From: an uncultured Veillonellaceae bacterium
GTDB taxonomy: Bacteria > Bacillota > Negativicutes > UBA1444
Direction of reading: 5' to 3'
Assembly (NCBI GenBank): GCA_964521625.1
Contig: CAZFSM010000014.1
Location: 27,061-91,060 of the forward strand
Length of the DNA: 64,000 nucleotides
The notes beneath the pieces were generated by a model that saw only the letters and a program-made list of their open reading frames with translations, did no database searches and had not been told where the DNA came from. Made by a program: the position numbers and the translations under genes. Position 1 is the first letter of the stretch; each line of letters starts with the position of its first letter. Below are positions 26,060 through 35,450 of this stretch, in pieces.

Positions 26060-26536
26060 GCATTTTCGTTCAATCGCCAATCTGGATTGGCCGGACTGGC
26101 AGCCAAAGTCGGCAAGCAAGAGGCCGCGAATGCAACCGACGTGCTGAACAAGGTCGTCAGTAGCAGAAAGAAGTAGAATCTAAATAGTTTATCCATTAAA
26201 GTGTCTTTCTCTCCCACTACTAATCTATTGTCTAATGGCAAAAAAGCCGGTTAAGGTGGTGCTACCGATGCTCACCTTAATCGACCTTTTTACTGTTTCT
26301 ATTTATTTTGCGCCATATCTATCATTTCTTTGCACCTGATATTTTAACATCCGAACATTGTTTAGCAATCCAGTTTGCATCTCATAAGTGCGATTGGGAT
26401 AAATTCGGCCCGAAGCACCTTACTGCCTTGAAAGTAGCTTCCCCAGAATTATGAATCGTCAGTTCCCGTACCTTGGCCGGAACAAAAAACTGCTCACCCT
26501 GCTTGATTGGATAACGTATCCTAACGTTGCGCACAT

Positions 26537-27716
26537 TTGAAAAAAGAGTTGTCACGGATGGATCTTCCCGTGTATGTTGAAGGTGCTAGCCAAAACAACA
26601 CGAAGGAGCTGAACAAGATGCTGGACGCCGAGGCGGATCAACTCACCAATGCCGGCAAGTATGAACGTACAGAAGGAAGAAAAGACACCTGCGCCGGCCA
26701 TTATCAGCGCAAACTCACCACCAAGGCAGGTGAAGTGACCTTGAACGTTCCCAAACTTCGCCATCTTCCTTTTGAGACCGCCATTATCGAACGCTACAAA
26801 CGGCGGGAAAGCAGTATTGAAGAAGCCCTTATCGAGATGTACCTGGCGGGAGTTTCTGTTCGCCGGATTGAAGATATTACCGAAGTCCTTTGGGGTAGTA
26901 AAGTTTCTGCCGGAACCATCAGCGAGATGAACAAGAAAGTCTATGGTCACATCGAAGAATGGCGAAATCGCGAGCTCAAATCAACCTACCCTTTATGTCT
27001 ACTTTGGCGGTATCTATCTAAAGCGCTGTTGGGGCGGTTCATACGACAATGTAGCCATATTGGTGGCCTTGGCAGTAGATGAAGATGGCTATCGGGAAAT
27101 CATCGGTTGCGCAGAAGGCGGTCGGGAAGATAAGGAAAGCTGGTTGAACTTCCTACGCTGTTTGAAAGAACGAGGTCGCTCCGGCATGAAACTCAGTGTT
27201 GCAGATCGCTGCCTGGGCTTTGTTGAAGCCCTCGGAGAAGTATTTCCAGACTCGAAGTTTCAGCGCTGCGTCGTTCATTTCTACCGAAACAGCTTTTCGG
27301 TAACCCCTCTTTCTAAGAGCAAGGAAGTGGTCGCCATGCTCAAAGCGATTCACGCGCAGGAAGATCTGGAGAGTGCGCGCGAGAAATCAAAGTTGGTCAT
27401 AGAAAAACTCAAAGGAATGAAACTCCCTGAAGCAGCCAGTCGACTGGAAAAAGGAATTGAGGACACCATAGCATACATGAACTTCCCCCGGGAACACTGG
27501 GGCAAGATACGGACCAACAATGGATTGGAGAGAATCATGCGAGAAATCCGCCGCAGAACGAGGGTGGTGGGAAGTTTTCCAGACGGGAAATCGGCTTTGA
27601 AGCTGGTAGGAGCCAGGCTTCGTCATATTACGACAACCAGTTGGGGGACGAAGCGACATTTGAATATGGCACTGCTCCAGGAAAAACAGGCCGATGGCGT
27701 ATCCGAAGCTATCTGA
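26537..27716 (+). pseudogene. IS256/Mutator-family transposase, frameshifted near 26990
   Basis: Frame 1: ...AGKYERTEGRKD..YQRKLTTKAGEVTLNVPKLR...LIEMYLAGVSVRRIEDIT...WRNRELKSTYP. Frame 2 continues LYVYFGGIYLKRCWGGSYDNVAILVALAVDEDGYREIIG...FQRCVVHFYRN...IRTNNGLERIMREIRRRTRVVGSFPD. Confidence 0.85.
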
Positions 27717-27767
27717 GACCTTCGCAGGAGCCCATCCACAAATTTGCACAAAAATCTTGACACTACC
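26537..27767 (+). mobile_element. IS256-family insertion sequence remnant (left end missing, transposase frameshifted)
   Basis: The transposase homology is split over two frames. A candidate right terminal repeat ends near ...caaatttgcacaaaaatcttgacactacc (about 27767). No matching inverted copy was found to the left. The right boundary is approximate. Confidence 0.75.
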
Positions 27768-27800
27768 TTGCTCCAATTGACAGGATCTTGATTATGCAAT

Positions 27801-27830
27801 AAAAAGCGACCCAATTAAGGTCGCTTTTTA
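27801..27830. terminator. Bidirectional intrinsic terminator
   Basis: aaaa-AGCGACC-caattaa-GGTCGCT-tttta. Confidence 0.6.
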
Positions 27831-27951
27831 TTCGTTTTTATTACATATCCACGGTAAAACGCATTATCGATTGGCCTTATTCAACGCCAATAAAACGCCT
27901 TGTTTCACCCGCAAAAACGCTGCCTGTAATAATAACGATAACAATTATTTT

Positions 27952-28551
27952 TCAGCCTACTCCCAAGCTGCTTTCATCAAATCCTGCAGCAGCGTAACCG
28001 TTTACAAGAACCTCCACTCGCCCCAAATTCGGGTCAAACATGAGGCCATGTACGGGAACATCAGCCGGGATAAGCGGATTATCCCGGATTTGCGCGACTA
28101 CATCAATCACATTTTCAAACGGGTCTCGAAAACGTTCGACCCATCGCTTCAGCTCATCTTTTGCCATTTTGATGGCTTCCGGTGAAATTCCCCGCGCAAT
28201 CATTTTTTGAAATAGAGAATTCGTATCCAATTTCGCCATCCCGCAGTCCAGATGCCCAATTACCACGATTTCCCTGACACCAAGCTCAAAAATACTGACA
28301 ACAAGACTTCGAATAATGCTGCACAAAGGTCCAGTCAACGTGTTTCCTGCATTTTGTATGAGCTTGGCTTCTCCACGGCTGACCCCGATCGCCGGCAGTA
28401 GAAAATTCACCAACCGAGTGTCCATGCAAGCAAAAATAGCCAATTGGCGACTGGGTATACCGCTGGGAAAAGGTTGAACCGAAGGCTTGTTTGATTCCTG
28501 CAGGAATTCATGATTTACCAATAGAATCTGATCCAAAATCCTCATCTTCAT
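27952..28551 (-). CDS. Beta-class carbonic anhydrase family protein
   Basis: Zinc-ligand motifs CMDTR (FACMDTRL) and HxxCG (IGHLDCGM). Confidence 0.85.
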   Translation of the reverse strand: MKMRILDQILLVNHEFLQESNKPSVQPFPSGIPSRQLAIFACMDTRLVNFLLPAIGVSRGEAKLIQNAGNTLTGPLCSIIRSLVVSIFELGVREIVVIGHLDCGMAKLDTNSLFQKMIARGISPEAIKMAKDELKRWVERFRDPFENVIDVVAQIRDNPLIPADVPVHGLMFDPNLGRVEVLVNGYAAAGFDESSLGVG

Positions 28552-28597
28552 TCCTCCTCATTACTTTGAGGGACACAACAAATGATTGCGATAACCA

Positions 28598-29821
28598 TTA
28601 AGTGATGGTGACTTTTCTCGCCGCGCAGCTGCGTGCAAACAAGGTTAGCAGAATGGCGACCGCGCACATGATGGCAGCAGCCAGAAAAGCCGTTGAATAA
28701 TCGCCACTGTTTATTTCCTTGACCCGCGCTGCAAGCCGGGGTCCGATGAAGGCAGCTACGCCATAGGATGTGAACAGAATACCGTAATTCATGCTAAGAT
28801 TTTTTGCCCCGAACAGGTCGGCTGTAATCGAGGGGAAAATAGCGAAAAATCCGCCAAAACATGCTGCAATAATTGATATCACAGCCACAAATGGTGCAAA
28901 AGATCCGGCATATTTTAGCGTGCTCATCATCAGTGCGGAAAGGATGAACATTACAGCCAGCGTGGGATAAGGACCCATTTTGTCCGAAACCCAGCCCCAG
29001 ATCACCCGTCCTGCTGTATTGGCCAAAGCCATCAGGCTGACCGCAAACGCCGCCGTCTTGGCGTCAAGGCGGATTACCTCCTGCCCGATGGAAGCAGCGT
29101 GACCAATGATCATCAATCCGGAAACACATGCGATGGTGTACATCATCCACAGAACGTAGAACATGGGCGACCCGAGCATGCCCCTCCAATCCTTGTCATT
29201 TGCCGACCCTGCAATAGAGCTATCCGGCGGTTGCCAGCCTTCGGGAACATAGCCGGTCGGCGGAGCTTTGACATATTGTGCCGCCAAACAGGTGATGACA
29301 AGGTATGCAGCGCCAAGAATTTTAAATGTAGTCAGCACACCATAGTCCTGTACCAATCCATTGGCGATCGGTGCGTTGATAACCGCTCCCAGCGCAAAAC
29401 CTGCCGCTACAAGACCAGCGGCCAAGCCCCTTTTGTCCGGGAACCATTTGACGGCGTTCGAAATACCGGTCCCGTAGATAAAACCGATGCCAAAACCGCC
29501 GAGAAGTCCATAGGTCGAATAGAGGGAAGCTAGCGACGTGGTGAATCCGGCAGCAATGATTCCTGTGCTGAAAATTATGCCGCCTGTGAACATGAGGAAT
29601 TTGGGTCCGCGAACCGGTTGAATCTTGCCGCCGATAATCATGGCGAGCGGAATCATGAACAGGGAGATCGAAAAGGCAAGGGAAGTATCACTGGTCGACC
29701 ACTGGAACAGGCCGATCAGGGGGCGCTGGAACACGCTCCAGGCATAGGCCGATCCGACACACAGGTTGATAACGAACATACTGGTAAGAATCAGCCATCG
29801 ATTATGAATTTGCCCCATCAT
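28598..29821 (-). CDS. MFS transporter, oxalate/formate antiporter (OFA)-like
   Basis: About 12 TM segments. OFA-like N-terminus (RWLILTSMFVINLCVGSAYAWSVFQ) and WFPDKRGLAAG loop. The start is set at an internal ATG after an AGGCGGAG RBS; the ORF is open up to 29839. Confidence 0.85.
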   Translation of the reverse strand: MMGQIHNRWLILTSMFVINLCVGSAYAWSVFQRPLIGLFQWSTSDTSLAFSISLFMIPLAMIIGGKIQPVRGPKFLMFTGGIIFSTGIIAAGFTTSLASLYSTYGLLGGFGIGFIYGTGISNAVKWFPDKRGLAAGLVAAGFALGAVINAPIANGLVQDYGVLTTFKILGAAYLVITCLAAQYVKAPPTGYVPEGWQPPDSSIAGSANDKDWRGMLGSPMFYVLWMMYTIACVSGLMIIGHAASIGQEVIRLDAKTAAFAVSLMALANTAGRVIWGWVSDKMGPYPTLAVMFILSALMMSTLKYAGSFAPFVAVISIIAACFGGFFAIFPSITADLFGAKNLSMNYGILFTSYGVAAFIGPRLAARVKEINSGDYSTAFLAAAIMCAVAILLTLFARSCAARKVTIT

Positions 29822-30002
29822 TTCTCCGCCTTTCATCATTGTGGAATACGATTACATTTTTACTGCAGTTTTCGCAATGATGCTGTGAATTGATTCTCGA
29901 TGCAATTTCACATCACATGTTTCTTGGATCATCAGACACGTTCTATGATTGTCTGCACGCCTTGACCTCCAACAATGCAAAGTGTTGCCGATTCTTCTTC
30001 CA

Positions 30003-30884
30003 CTATCCGTCGGAGGATACCATTTCGTCAGAAATTATTTCTCCGAAAGCGAGTTTGGCAAAACATCCGTTTTGCGATATGAAAAGCTCATTCAACGAAC
30101 CGAGAAACTGAATTTCAATCCGCAAAATGCCATTTTTCATGGAAACGGAACGGGTCAGGCGAGTCAGTACACCTTCGGTTTGCCGAACATTGTTGGTGGT
30201 AACACAGACACTATATATCCCATCACAGGGAACAGACATGTAATCGTCCACTTCGACAAAAAATTTGTATTCTTTGGGAGAGCACCATTTTTTCCCCACG
30301 TATTGAATATATCCAGTCAACTGAACCGGACGAGTGAGCATTTGCTCTGCGCCCGAAAGATTTCCAATGGAAATGAGTCTTCGTATCTCCGTACTGCTGA
30401 CCATTTTTTCGTTCATGGTGACCGAATCGGGAATTTCGAGGCGATAACCATAATGACGCGAAAGTCTCCGAAGCGTTTGAATGTTCCCGGCTCCTTTGTG
30501 TCCGAAAGTATAGTTAGATCCAATAACAATGCATTTGGGTTCGAATTTTTGATGCAATAGGGCGATGAATTTTTCGGGGCTTATCGACATAAAACCCGGG
30601 GTAAATTCAATCTGGGTCAGATAGTCTACCTCTAGATGGCTGATCAGTCCGGCTTTTTCCTGACTCGTAGTCAAACTTTGCGGGCATCTGGAAGGAGCTA
30701 TGCAAGATAATGGATGGTTGACGGAAGTGAACACCATGCTGGTGCCTGACAATCGACGGGAAATTTCCACCGCGCGTTGTATGATCCGTTGATGTCCGAC
30801 ATGAACACCGTCAAAAGTCCCTAGGGCGATTGCTGTTACAGGCCGGGTTGCCTGAATGGCGGCGAAATCATTTATTATCTCCAC
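30003..30884 (-). CDS. RibF-like FAD synthetase (FMN adenylyltransferase domain intact; C-terminal riboflavin-kinase-like domain divergent)
   Basis: N-terminal ALGTFDGVHVGHQ nucleotidyltransferase motif, and SNYTFGHKGAG / VSSTEIR in the FMNAT domain. I could not find the usual riboflavin-kinase motifs in the C-terminal ~110 aa. Confidence 0.7.
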   Translation of the reverse strand: MEIINDFAAIQATRPVTAIALGTFDGVHVGHQRIIQRAVEISRRLSGTSMVFTSVNHPLSCIAPSRCPQSLTTSQEKAGLISHLEVDYLTQIEFTPGFMSISPEKFIALLHQKFEPKCIVIGSNYTFGHKGAGNIQTLRRLSRHYGYRLEIPDSVTMNEKMVSSTEIRRLISIGNLSGAEQMLTRPVQLTGYIQYVGKKWCSPKEYKFFVEVDDYMSVPCDGIYSVCVTTNNVRQTEGVLTRLTRSVSMKNGILRIEIQFLGSLNELFISQNGCFAKLAFGEIISDEMVSSDG

Positions 30885-30951
30885 AACGGTTACACCTTCA
30901 TTCTATGGGGAGGAGGAGAGTTTTCCCTCTCCCCCCCGCTTTGAAATCTCG

Positions 30952-32094
30952 TTACCGGCAGACAGAGCCGGCGATAACCATGCACTGAGCCTGGTTGGTG
31001 CCTTCGTAGATCTGGGTGATCTTGGCGTCGCGCATCATGCGCTCGACCGGATACTCGCGGCTGTAGCCGTAACCGCCGAAGATCTGAACGGCATCGGTTG
31101 TGACCGACATCGCTGTGTCCGAAGCGAATTTCTTCGCCATGGCGGCTTCCTTGCCGTACGGCAGGTGCTCGGATTTGTGGAAAGCGGCCCGCATGGTCAG
31201 CAGATGGGCAGCTTCGGTCTGGGTTGCCATCTCGGCCAGCATGAAGCTGATCGCTTGCTGCTGGATGATCGGTTTGTTGAACTGGACGCGCTGTTTCGCG
31301 TATTGAACGGCTGCGTCAATAGCGCCCATGGCGATACCGGTCGCTTGGGATGCAACGCCGATGCGTCCGCCATCGAGTGTGGTCATGGCGATCTTGAAGC
31401 CTTCGCCTTCTTTACCGAGCAGGTTGGCAGCCGGAATGCGGCAATTTTCCATGATGACTTCGCGCTGCACGGAAGAGCGGATCCCCATTTTTTTCTCGGT
31501 TTTGCCGAAAGAGAGACCCGGGGTTCCCAATTCAACGATGAAGGCGCTCATGCCCTTGAAGGGGCCGGCTTCTTTATTGGTGGAGGCGAAGATCACTTCG
31601 ATTTCCGCTTCCCCGCCGTTGGTGTTGAACACCTTGGTGCCGTTGAGGACATAGAAGTCGCCGTCTTTCACTGCGGTGGTGGTGGCGCCGGCCACGTCGG
31701 TGCCCGCATTAGGCTCGGTCAAACCGAACGCGCCCATTTTTTCGCCGCTGGCGAGTGGTTTCAGGAATTTCTGTTTTTGCTCTTCGTTGCCGTATTTGAA
31801 AATCGGCCATGAGCAGAGGGAAGTATGCACAGAAAGGCCGATGCCGATGCCCGCGTCCGCTTTGGAAATTTCTTCGACTGCCAATGCATAAGCAACAAAG
31901 TCCATGCCGGCTCCGCCGTATTCCTCGGGGTAAGGAAGGCCCATCAGACCGAGTTTTCCCATTTCATTGTAGATATCCCGGGGGAAGATGTCATGCTCGT
32001 CCCGCTCGGCTGCGCCAGGGGCGATTCTCTTTGCGGTGAATTCCTGTACTGTTTTGCGAAGGGCTTCTTGATCCGGCGTTAATACAAAATTCAT
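30952..32094 (-). CDS. Acyl-CoA dehydrogenase (short/medium-chain, butyryl-CoA dehydrogenase-like)
   Basis: 380 aa. [16 protein letters not shown]..., [13 protein letters not shown], catalytic-base region [23 protein letters not shown]. Confidence 0.9.
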   Translation of the reverse strand: MNFVLTPDQEALRKTVQEFTAKRIAPGAAERDEHDIFPRDIYNEMGKLGLMGLPYPEEYGGAGMDFVAYALAVEEISKADAGIGIGLSVHTSLCSWPIFKYGNEEQKQKFLKPLASGEKMGAFGLTEPNAGTDVAGATTTAVKDGDFYVLNGTKVFNTNGGEAEIEVIFASTNKEAGPFKGMSAFIVELGTPGLSFGKTEKKMGIRSSVQREVIMENCRIPAANLLGKEGEGFKIAMTTLDGGRIGVASQATGIAMGAIDAAVQYAKQRVQFNKPIIQQQAISFMLAEMATQTEAAHLLTMRAAFHKSEHLPYGKEAAMAKKFASDTAMSVTTDAVQIFGGYGYSREYPVERMMRDAKITQIYEGTNQAQCMVIAGSVCR

Positions 32095-32160
32095 TTGTCA
32101 TGCCTCCAATTACTTATTTCTTATTCGTCTATCGTTTCTGGCTGCGTCCAAGATTGCTTT

Positions 32161-32291
32161 ATTCCGGAAATTGTCGGCCTCAGTCCTGTCCCACAGAGGG
32201 TGACCGGCTTTGGCCGACCGTCCGGCTCAGGTTGGAATTCCGAACATCGTCGGCCTCAGTCCTGTCCCGCGAGGGGTGACCGGCTTTGGCC
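32161..32291. repeat. Tandem direct repeat: two copies of about 56 bp, 75-bp period, in the abfD-like/acd intergenic region
   Basis: Copy 1 (32161-32216): attccggaaattgtcggcctcagtcctgtcccacagagggtgaccggctttggccg. Copy 2 (32236-32291): attccgaacatcgtcggcctcagtcctgtcccgcgaggggtgaccggctttggccg. Each copy has internal imperfect dyad symmetry (cggcc...ggccg). Confidence 0.85.
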
Positions 32292-32312
32292 GCAGTTTCG
32301 GCAGCATAGATG

Positions 32313-33776
32313 CTATTTTTTTACAGGAGCTGCAGGCTCTTGGATGGCATCTTCCGGAATATCCATGATCTTCTTGGCCATTCCGAAATAGTCTTCCCAT
32401 TTGGTCAACCCTTTGACTACCATTTTGGCGCCGTCAGGCGATCCGCCGCCGTGCATGCAGCCGGGGATACCGCCGCCGACAGTCAGCCACTCGACCAAAC
32501 GGGCCATCTTGGCGCGGCTTTCACCGTCAGCTCCGGCTGTCAGGGCTTTCTTTACAAAAGCGCCATATTCCGTTTGCATATCCTGCCAGGAGGGAATGCA
32601 GCCGGTCTCGGCGATGCCGCCGCTGATGTCCTGCGCCATGACTTTGGTCATGTACGGCAGCTTGGCCACCTGGGTCTTGTTGGTGTGGGCTAGCAACGCG
32701 TCCGGCACAAACACGCCGGATTTCTTTTTCTTGCCGAGAGCCATGGCGCCTATGCCGAGACCGGCGGTGATTTCATTGTTGATGGCCATTTCGTTCAGCG
32801 TGGCCTGGAAGGGTTTGACGGAAAGTCCGTTGGCGCGGGCCATGCCCATGGCGGCGCCGATCATGATGTCTCCCTGGCCGGCTACGCAGTGGCCGATGGC
32901 TGCCCGGTAGATCGAAGCGAAGCTGCCGATGTTCATGCCGCTGTATTTGAACTCGCCGCACATGAACACGCGCTCGTTCGGAATGAACACATTGTCGAAA
33001 TGGATGTATGCCTGGGTGATGTTGCCTGCGTGCGGCATATCATAGCCTTCTTCCGCGGCGCGGGTGTCGCTGATTCCGCGGCACTCGACGATGGTGATTC
33101 CTTGTTCATCGCGGGGTACTGCAAAAGCCACCGCATAGTCTTTGTCAACTTCGCCGTAACCGGTGCCAGGCATCGCGATGATGTAGTTACAGGCGGCCAC
33201 GCCGCAGATCTGGATCTTATAGCCACTGACGATAATGCCGTCCGGTTTGACTTCCTTCACATGAAGGGTAACATCCGGATTGTCCTGCTGGGAAGCTTTC
33301 TTGGAGCGGTCGCCTTTGGCGTCGGTGAGAGCGCCGGCCAAGGCCAGTGCATTGTCTTCTGCGAACTTCATGAAGTTTTTGACGCGAGGCAAATATTGGG
33401 TTCCGAGAGCCGCGTCCATCTCAAAAGCAGTATCATACAAGGTATTCAGTCCAGTCCAGCCGGCGCAGGTCGCGCCCTGGCAGGTGCCGGTCTGGTGATA
33501 TTGGTCGCGTTTCATTTTGGCATTGCCAATTTGGGCTTCCATGCTGTCCTGCAGGGTGTTCCAGCGATGGGCTATCTCGCCTGAGAGTGCTGATTTGCAG
33601 GTATAAATCGGTGCCTTCTCCGGGTCAAAGCACGCATCATAGGAACGAGCGACCGATTTGACATGCAATGCTGTGTTCGGATCGGTGGTGACGTCCTCGA
33701 TCAGTTTGCCGAACTTGTAGATGTTGGGCCGCATTTTCTTGAGGCTCTCGATGTACTGTTGTCCGTTCTTCAACAT
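32313..33776 (-). CDS. 4-hydroxybutyryl-CoA dehydratase/vinylacetyl-CoA isomerase (AbfD) family enzyme
   Basis: 487 aa with end-to-end AbfD-like layout (MLKNGQQYIESLKKMRPNIY..; TDAKGDRSK..; DKDYAVAFAVP; DNVFIPNERVF). A C-x3-C pair (GTCQGATCAG) and a downstream His/Cys (IGHC) sit where AbfD has Fe-S ligands. Confidence 0.8.
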   Translation of the reverse strand: MLKNGQQYIESLKKMRPNIYKFGKLIEDVTTDPNTALHVKSVARSYDACFDPEKAPIYTCKSALSGEIAHRWNTLQDSMEAQIGNAKMKRDQYHQTGTCQGATCAGWTGLNTLYDTAFEMDAALGTQYLPRVKNFMKFAEDNALALAGALTDAKGDRSKKASQQDNPDVTLHVKEVKPDGIIVSGYKIQICGVAACNYIIAMPGTGYGEVDKDYAVAFAVPRDEQGITIVECRGISDTRAAEEGYDMPHAGNITQAYIHFDNVFIPNERVFMCGEFKYSGMNIGSFASIYRAAIGHCVAGQGDIMIGAAMGMARANGLSVKPFQATLNEMAINNEITAGLGIGAMALGKKKKSGVFVPDALLAHTNKTQVAKLPYMTKVMAQDISGGIAETGCIPSWQDMQTEYGAFVKKALTAGADGESRAKMARLVEWLTVGGGIPGCMHGGGSPDGAKMVVKGLTKWEDYFGMAKKIMDIPEDAIQEPAAPVKK

Positions 33777-33832
33777 GGTTGGTTTCCCCCTTTTAATTTA
33801 CGTGGCTTTGCCACAATAATACGCTTTTGGGA

Positions 33833-35410
33833 CTAGAGGTTGTTTTTGGCCAGGATTTCGGCTTTGATGCCCATCGGTTCGTCGCGGAAAATCCGGGCAT
33901 CCATCAGTTTCAGATCCGGTGCGACGTGAGGCTTGAATTCCATCTGGGCCAGAATGTCTTTCTCCAGGTCGATGCCCGGGGCGATCTCCGTCAGTGTCAG
34001 GCCTTCGTGCCGCATCTCAAACACGGCGCGTTCTGTTACATATAGCACTTTTTGACCCTGCTCGCGAGCGTAATCGCCGGAGAACGTGATATGACCGACT
34101 TTGGGGACCAGTTTTTTCGCTTTGCCTTCGGTGACGATTTTTAGTTTTCCGTCTTCCACGGCGATTTCCAGCCCGGAGGCTGTCAGTGTGCCGCAGAACA
34201 CGACACTCTTGCTGTTTTGCGTGATATTGACGAATCCGCCGGGACCTGCGATACGGGGACCGAATTTCGACACGTTGACGTTGCCGACGGCATCGAGTTC
34301 CGCCATGCCGAGGCAGGCCAGATCCAGACCGCCGCCGTCATAGAAATCGAATTGGCTCGGATGATCCATCATGGCTTCCGGATTGATTGCACAGCCAAAA
34401 CGAAGACCGCCGCAGGGTACCCCGCCAATCAAACCGGGCTCCACTGTCGCTGTAAGCAAGTCGATGATACCTTCCTCAGCCGCGACTGCCGAAACGCCTT
34501 CGGGCATCCCGATCCCTAGGTTGAGAACGGCTTCGGGGATCAGTTCCATGGCCGCCCGCCGGCAGATGATCTTGCGTTCGTCGAGAGCAATCGGCTTGAT
34601 ATCTGACAGCGGCATTCTGATGTCACCGGTCAGGGATCCATCGTATTCCGCACCCATGGTTTGGCTGTGGTTTTCGGGTTTGGCAACGACGATCGCGTCT
34701 ACAAGGATGCCCGGAACTACCACATTGCGGGGGTCTATTGTTCCGACCTGTGTTACGCGCTCAACCTGGACGATGACTTTACCGCCGGAGTTCTTGGCGG
34801 CCAGTGCCTGTACATAAAACTCCAGCCGTATTGGTTCTTTTTCGATGCTGATATTGCCATGCAGGTCCGCCGTCGTCCCTTTGATGATAGCCACATCGAT
34901 CGGGAAAGCCTTGTACCAGAGATATTCCTTGCCTTCGAGTTCGATGAGTTTAACGAGCTCGCCTGTCGAACGCTTGTTCAGGCGCCCGCCGGTCTCCCGC
35001 GGATCAGCAAAAGTCTTCAGGCCGACATGAGTAATAACGCCCGGTTTTTTTCCGCCAATCGCCCGATAGAGATGCATCATGACGCCTTGGGGAATCGCAT
35101 AGGCTTCGCACTGTTCGGCGTTGATCATCTTCACCATGTCCGGTTGAAGGTTGAAATGACCGGCGATGATCTTCGTGATCAGGCCTTCCTTGCACCAGCG
35201 GTTCAAACCCCAGTTCGATTTGCCGTCGTTCTGCGATGCACCGTATGTCAGTGTCAAGTTATTGGGGGCGCCGGTTTTTAGGAAGCTTTCTTCCACCGCT
35301 TTGGAAATCTCCTCAGGATGTCCCATTCCGATAAACCCGCTCACTGCAACTGTTGCACCCGGCTTGATGAGTTTTATCGCTTCTTCCGCGGTCATCACTT
35401 TGTTTTTCAT
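33833..35410 (-). CDS. Acyl-CoA:carboxylate CoA-transferase (propionate CoA-transferase / YdiF-like family)
   Basis: About 525 aa single-chain family I CoA-transferase (MKNKVMTAEEAIKLIKPGATVAVSGF..; ..GGFVNITQNSK..). The ATG at 35410 has an AAGAGGAA RBS. The longer ORF would overlap the upstream MFS gene. Confidence 0.85.
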   Translation of the reverse strand: MKNKVMTAEEAIKLIKPGATVAVSGFIGMGHPEEISKAVEESFLKTGAPNNLTLTYGASQNDGKSNWGLNRWCKEGLITKIIAGHFNLQPDMVKMINAEQCEAYAIPQGVMMHLYRAIGGKKPGVITHVGLKTFADPRETGGRLNKRSTGELVKLIELEGKEYLWYKAFPIDVAIIKGTTADLHGNISIEKEPIRLEFYVQALAAKNSGGKVIVQVERVTQVGTIDPRNVVVPGILVDAIVVAKPENHSQTMGAEYDGSLTGDIRMPLSDIKPIALDERKIICRRAAMELIPEAVLNLGIGMPEGVSAVAAEEGIIDLLTATVEPGLIGGVPCGGLRFGCAINPEAMMDHPSQFDFYDGGGLDLACLGMAELDAVGNVNVSKFGPRIAGPGGFVNITQNSKSVVFCGTLTASGLEIAVEDGKLKIVTEGKAKKLVPKVGHITFSGDYAREQGQKVLYVTERAVFEMRHEGLTLTEIAPGIDLEKDILAQMEFKPHVAPDLKLMDARIFRDEPMGIKAEILAKNNL

Positions 35411-35450
35411 GCACCATTCCTCTTTCGCAACTACACTTTCCCTTGCTGGG

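Noticed and set aside
26056-26241. 61-aa minus-strand ORF with a hydrophobic, signal-like segment
   Set aside because: It overlaps the -35 hexamer (26054-26059) of the MerR-type promoter and otherwise lies upstream of it, in decayed DNA. It has no RBS and no homology recognised. It cannot be supported as a gene.
30856-31812. 318-aa plus-strand ORF rich in Gly/Ala/His/Asp
   Set aside because: It lies entirely antisense to the clear acyl-CoA dehydrogenase gene. It has low-complexity composition, no motifs and no RBS. It is a typical shadow ORF of a GC-rich third-position gene.
32161-32291. Possible CRISPR array
   Set aside because: There are only two repeat copies, the inter-repeat segment is about 19 bp, there are no cas genes in the window, and the repeat lies inside an operon. 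It is treated as a tandem intergenic repeat instead.
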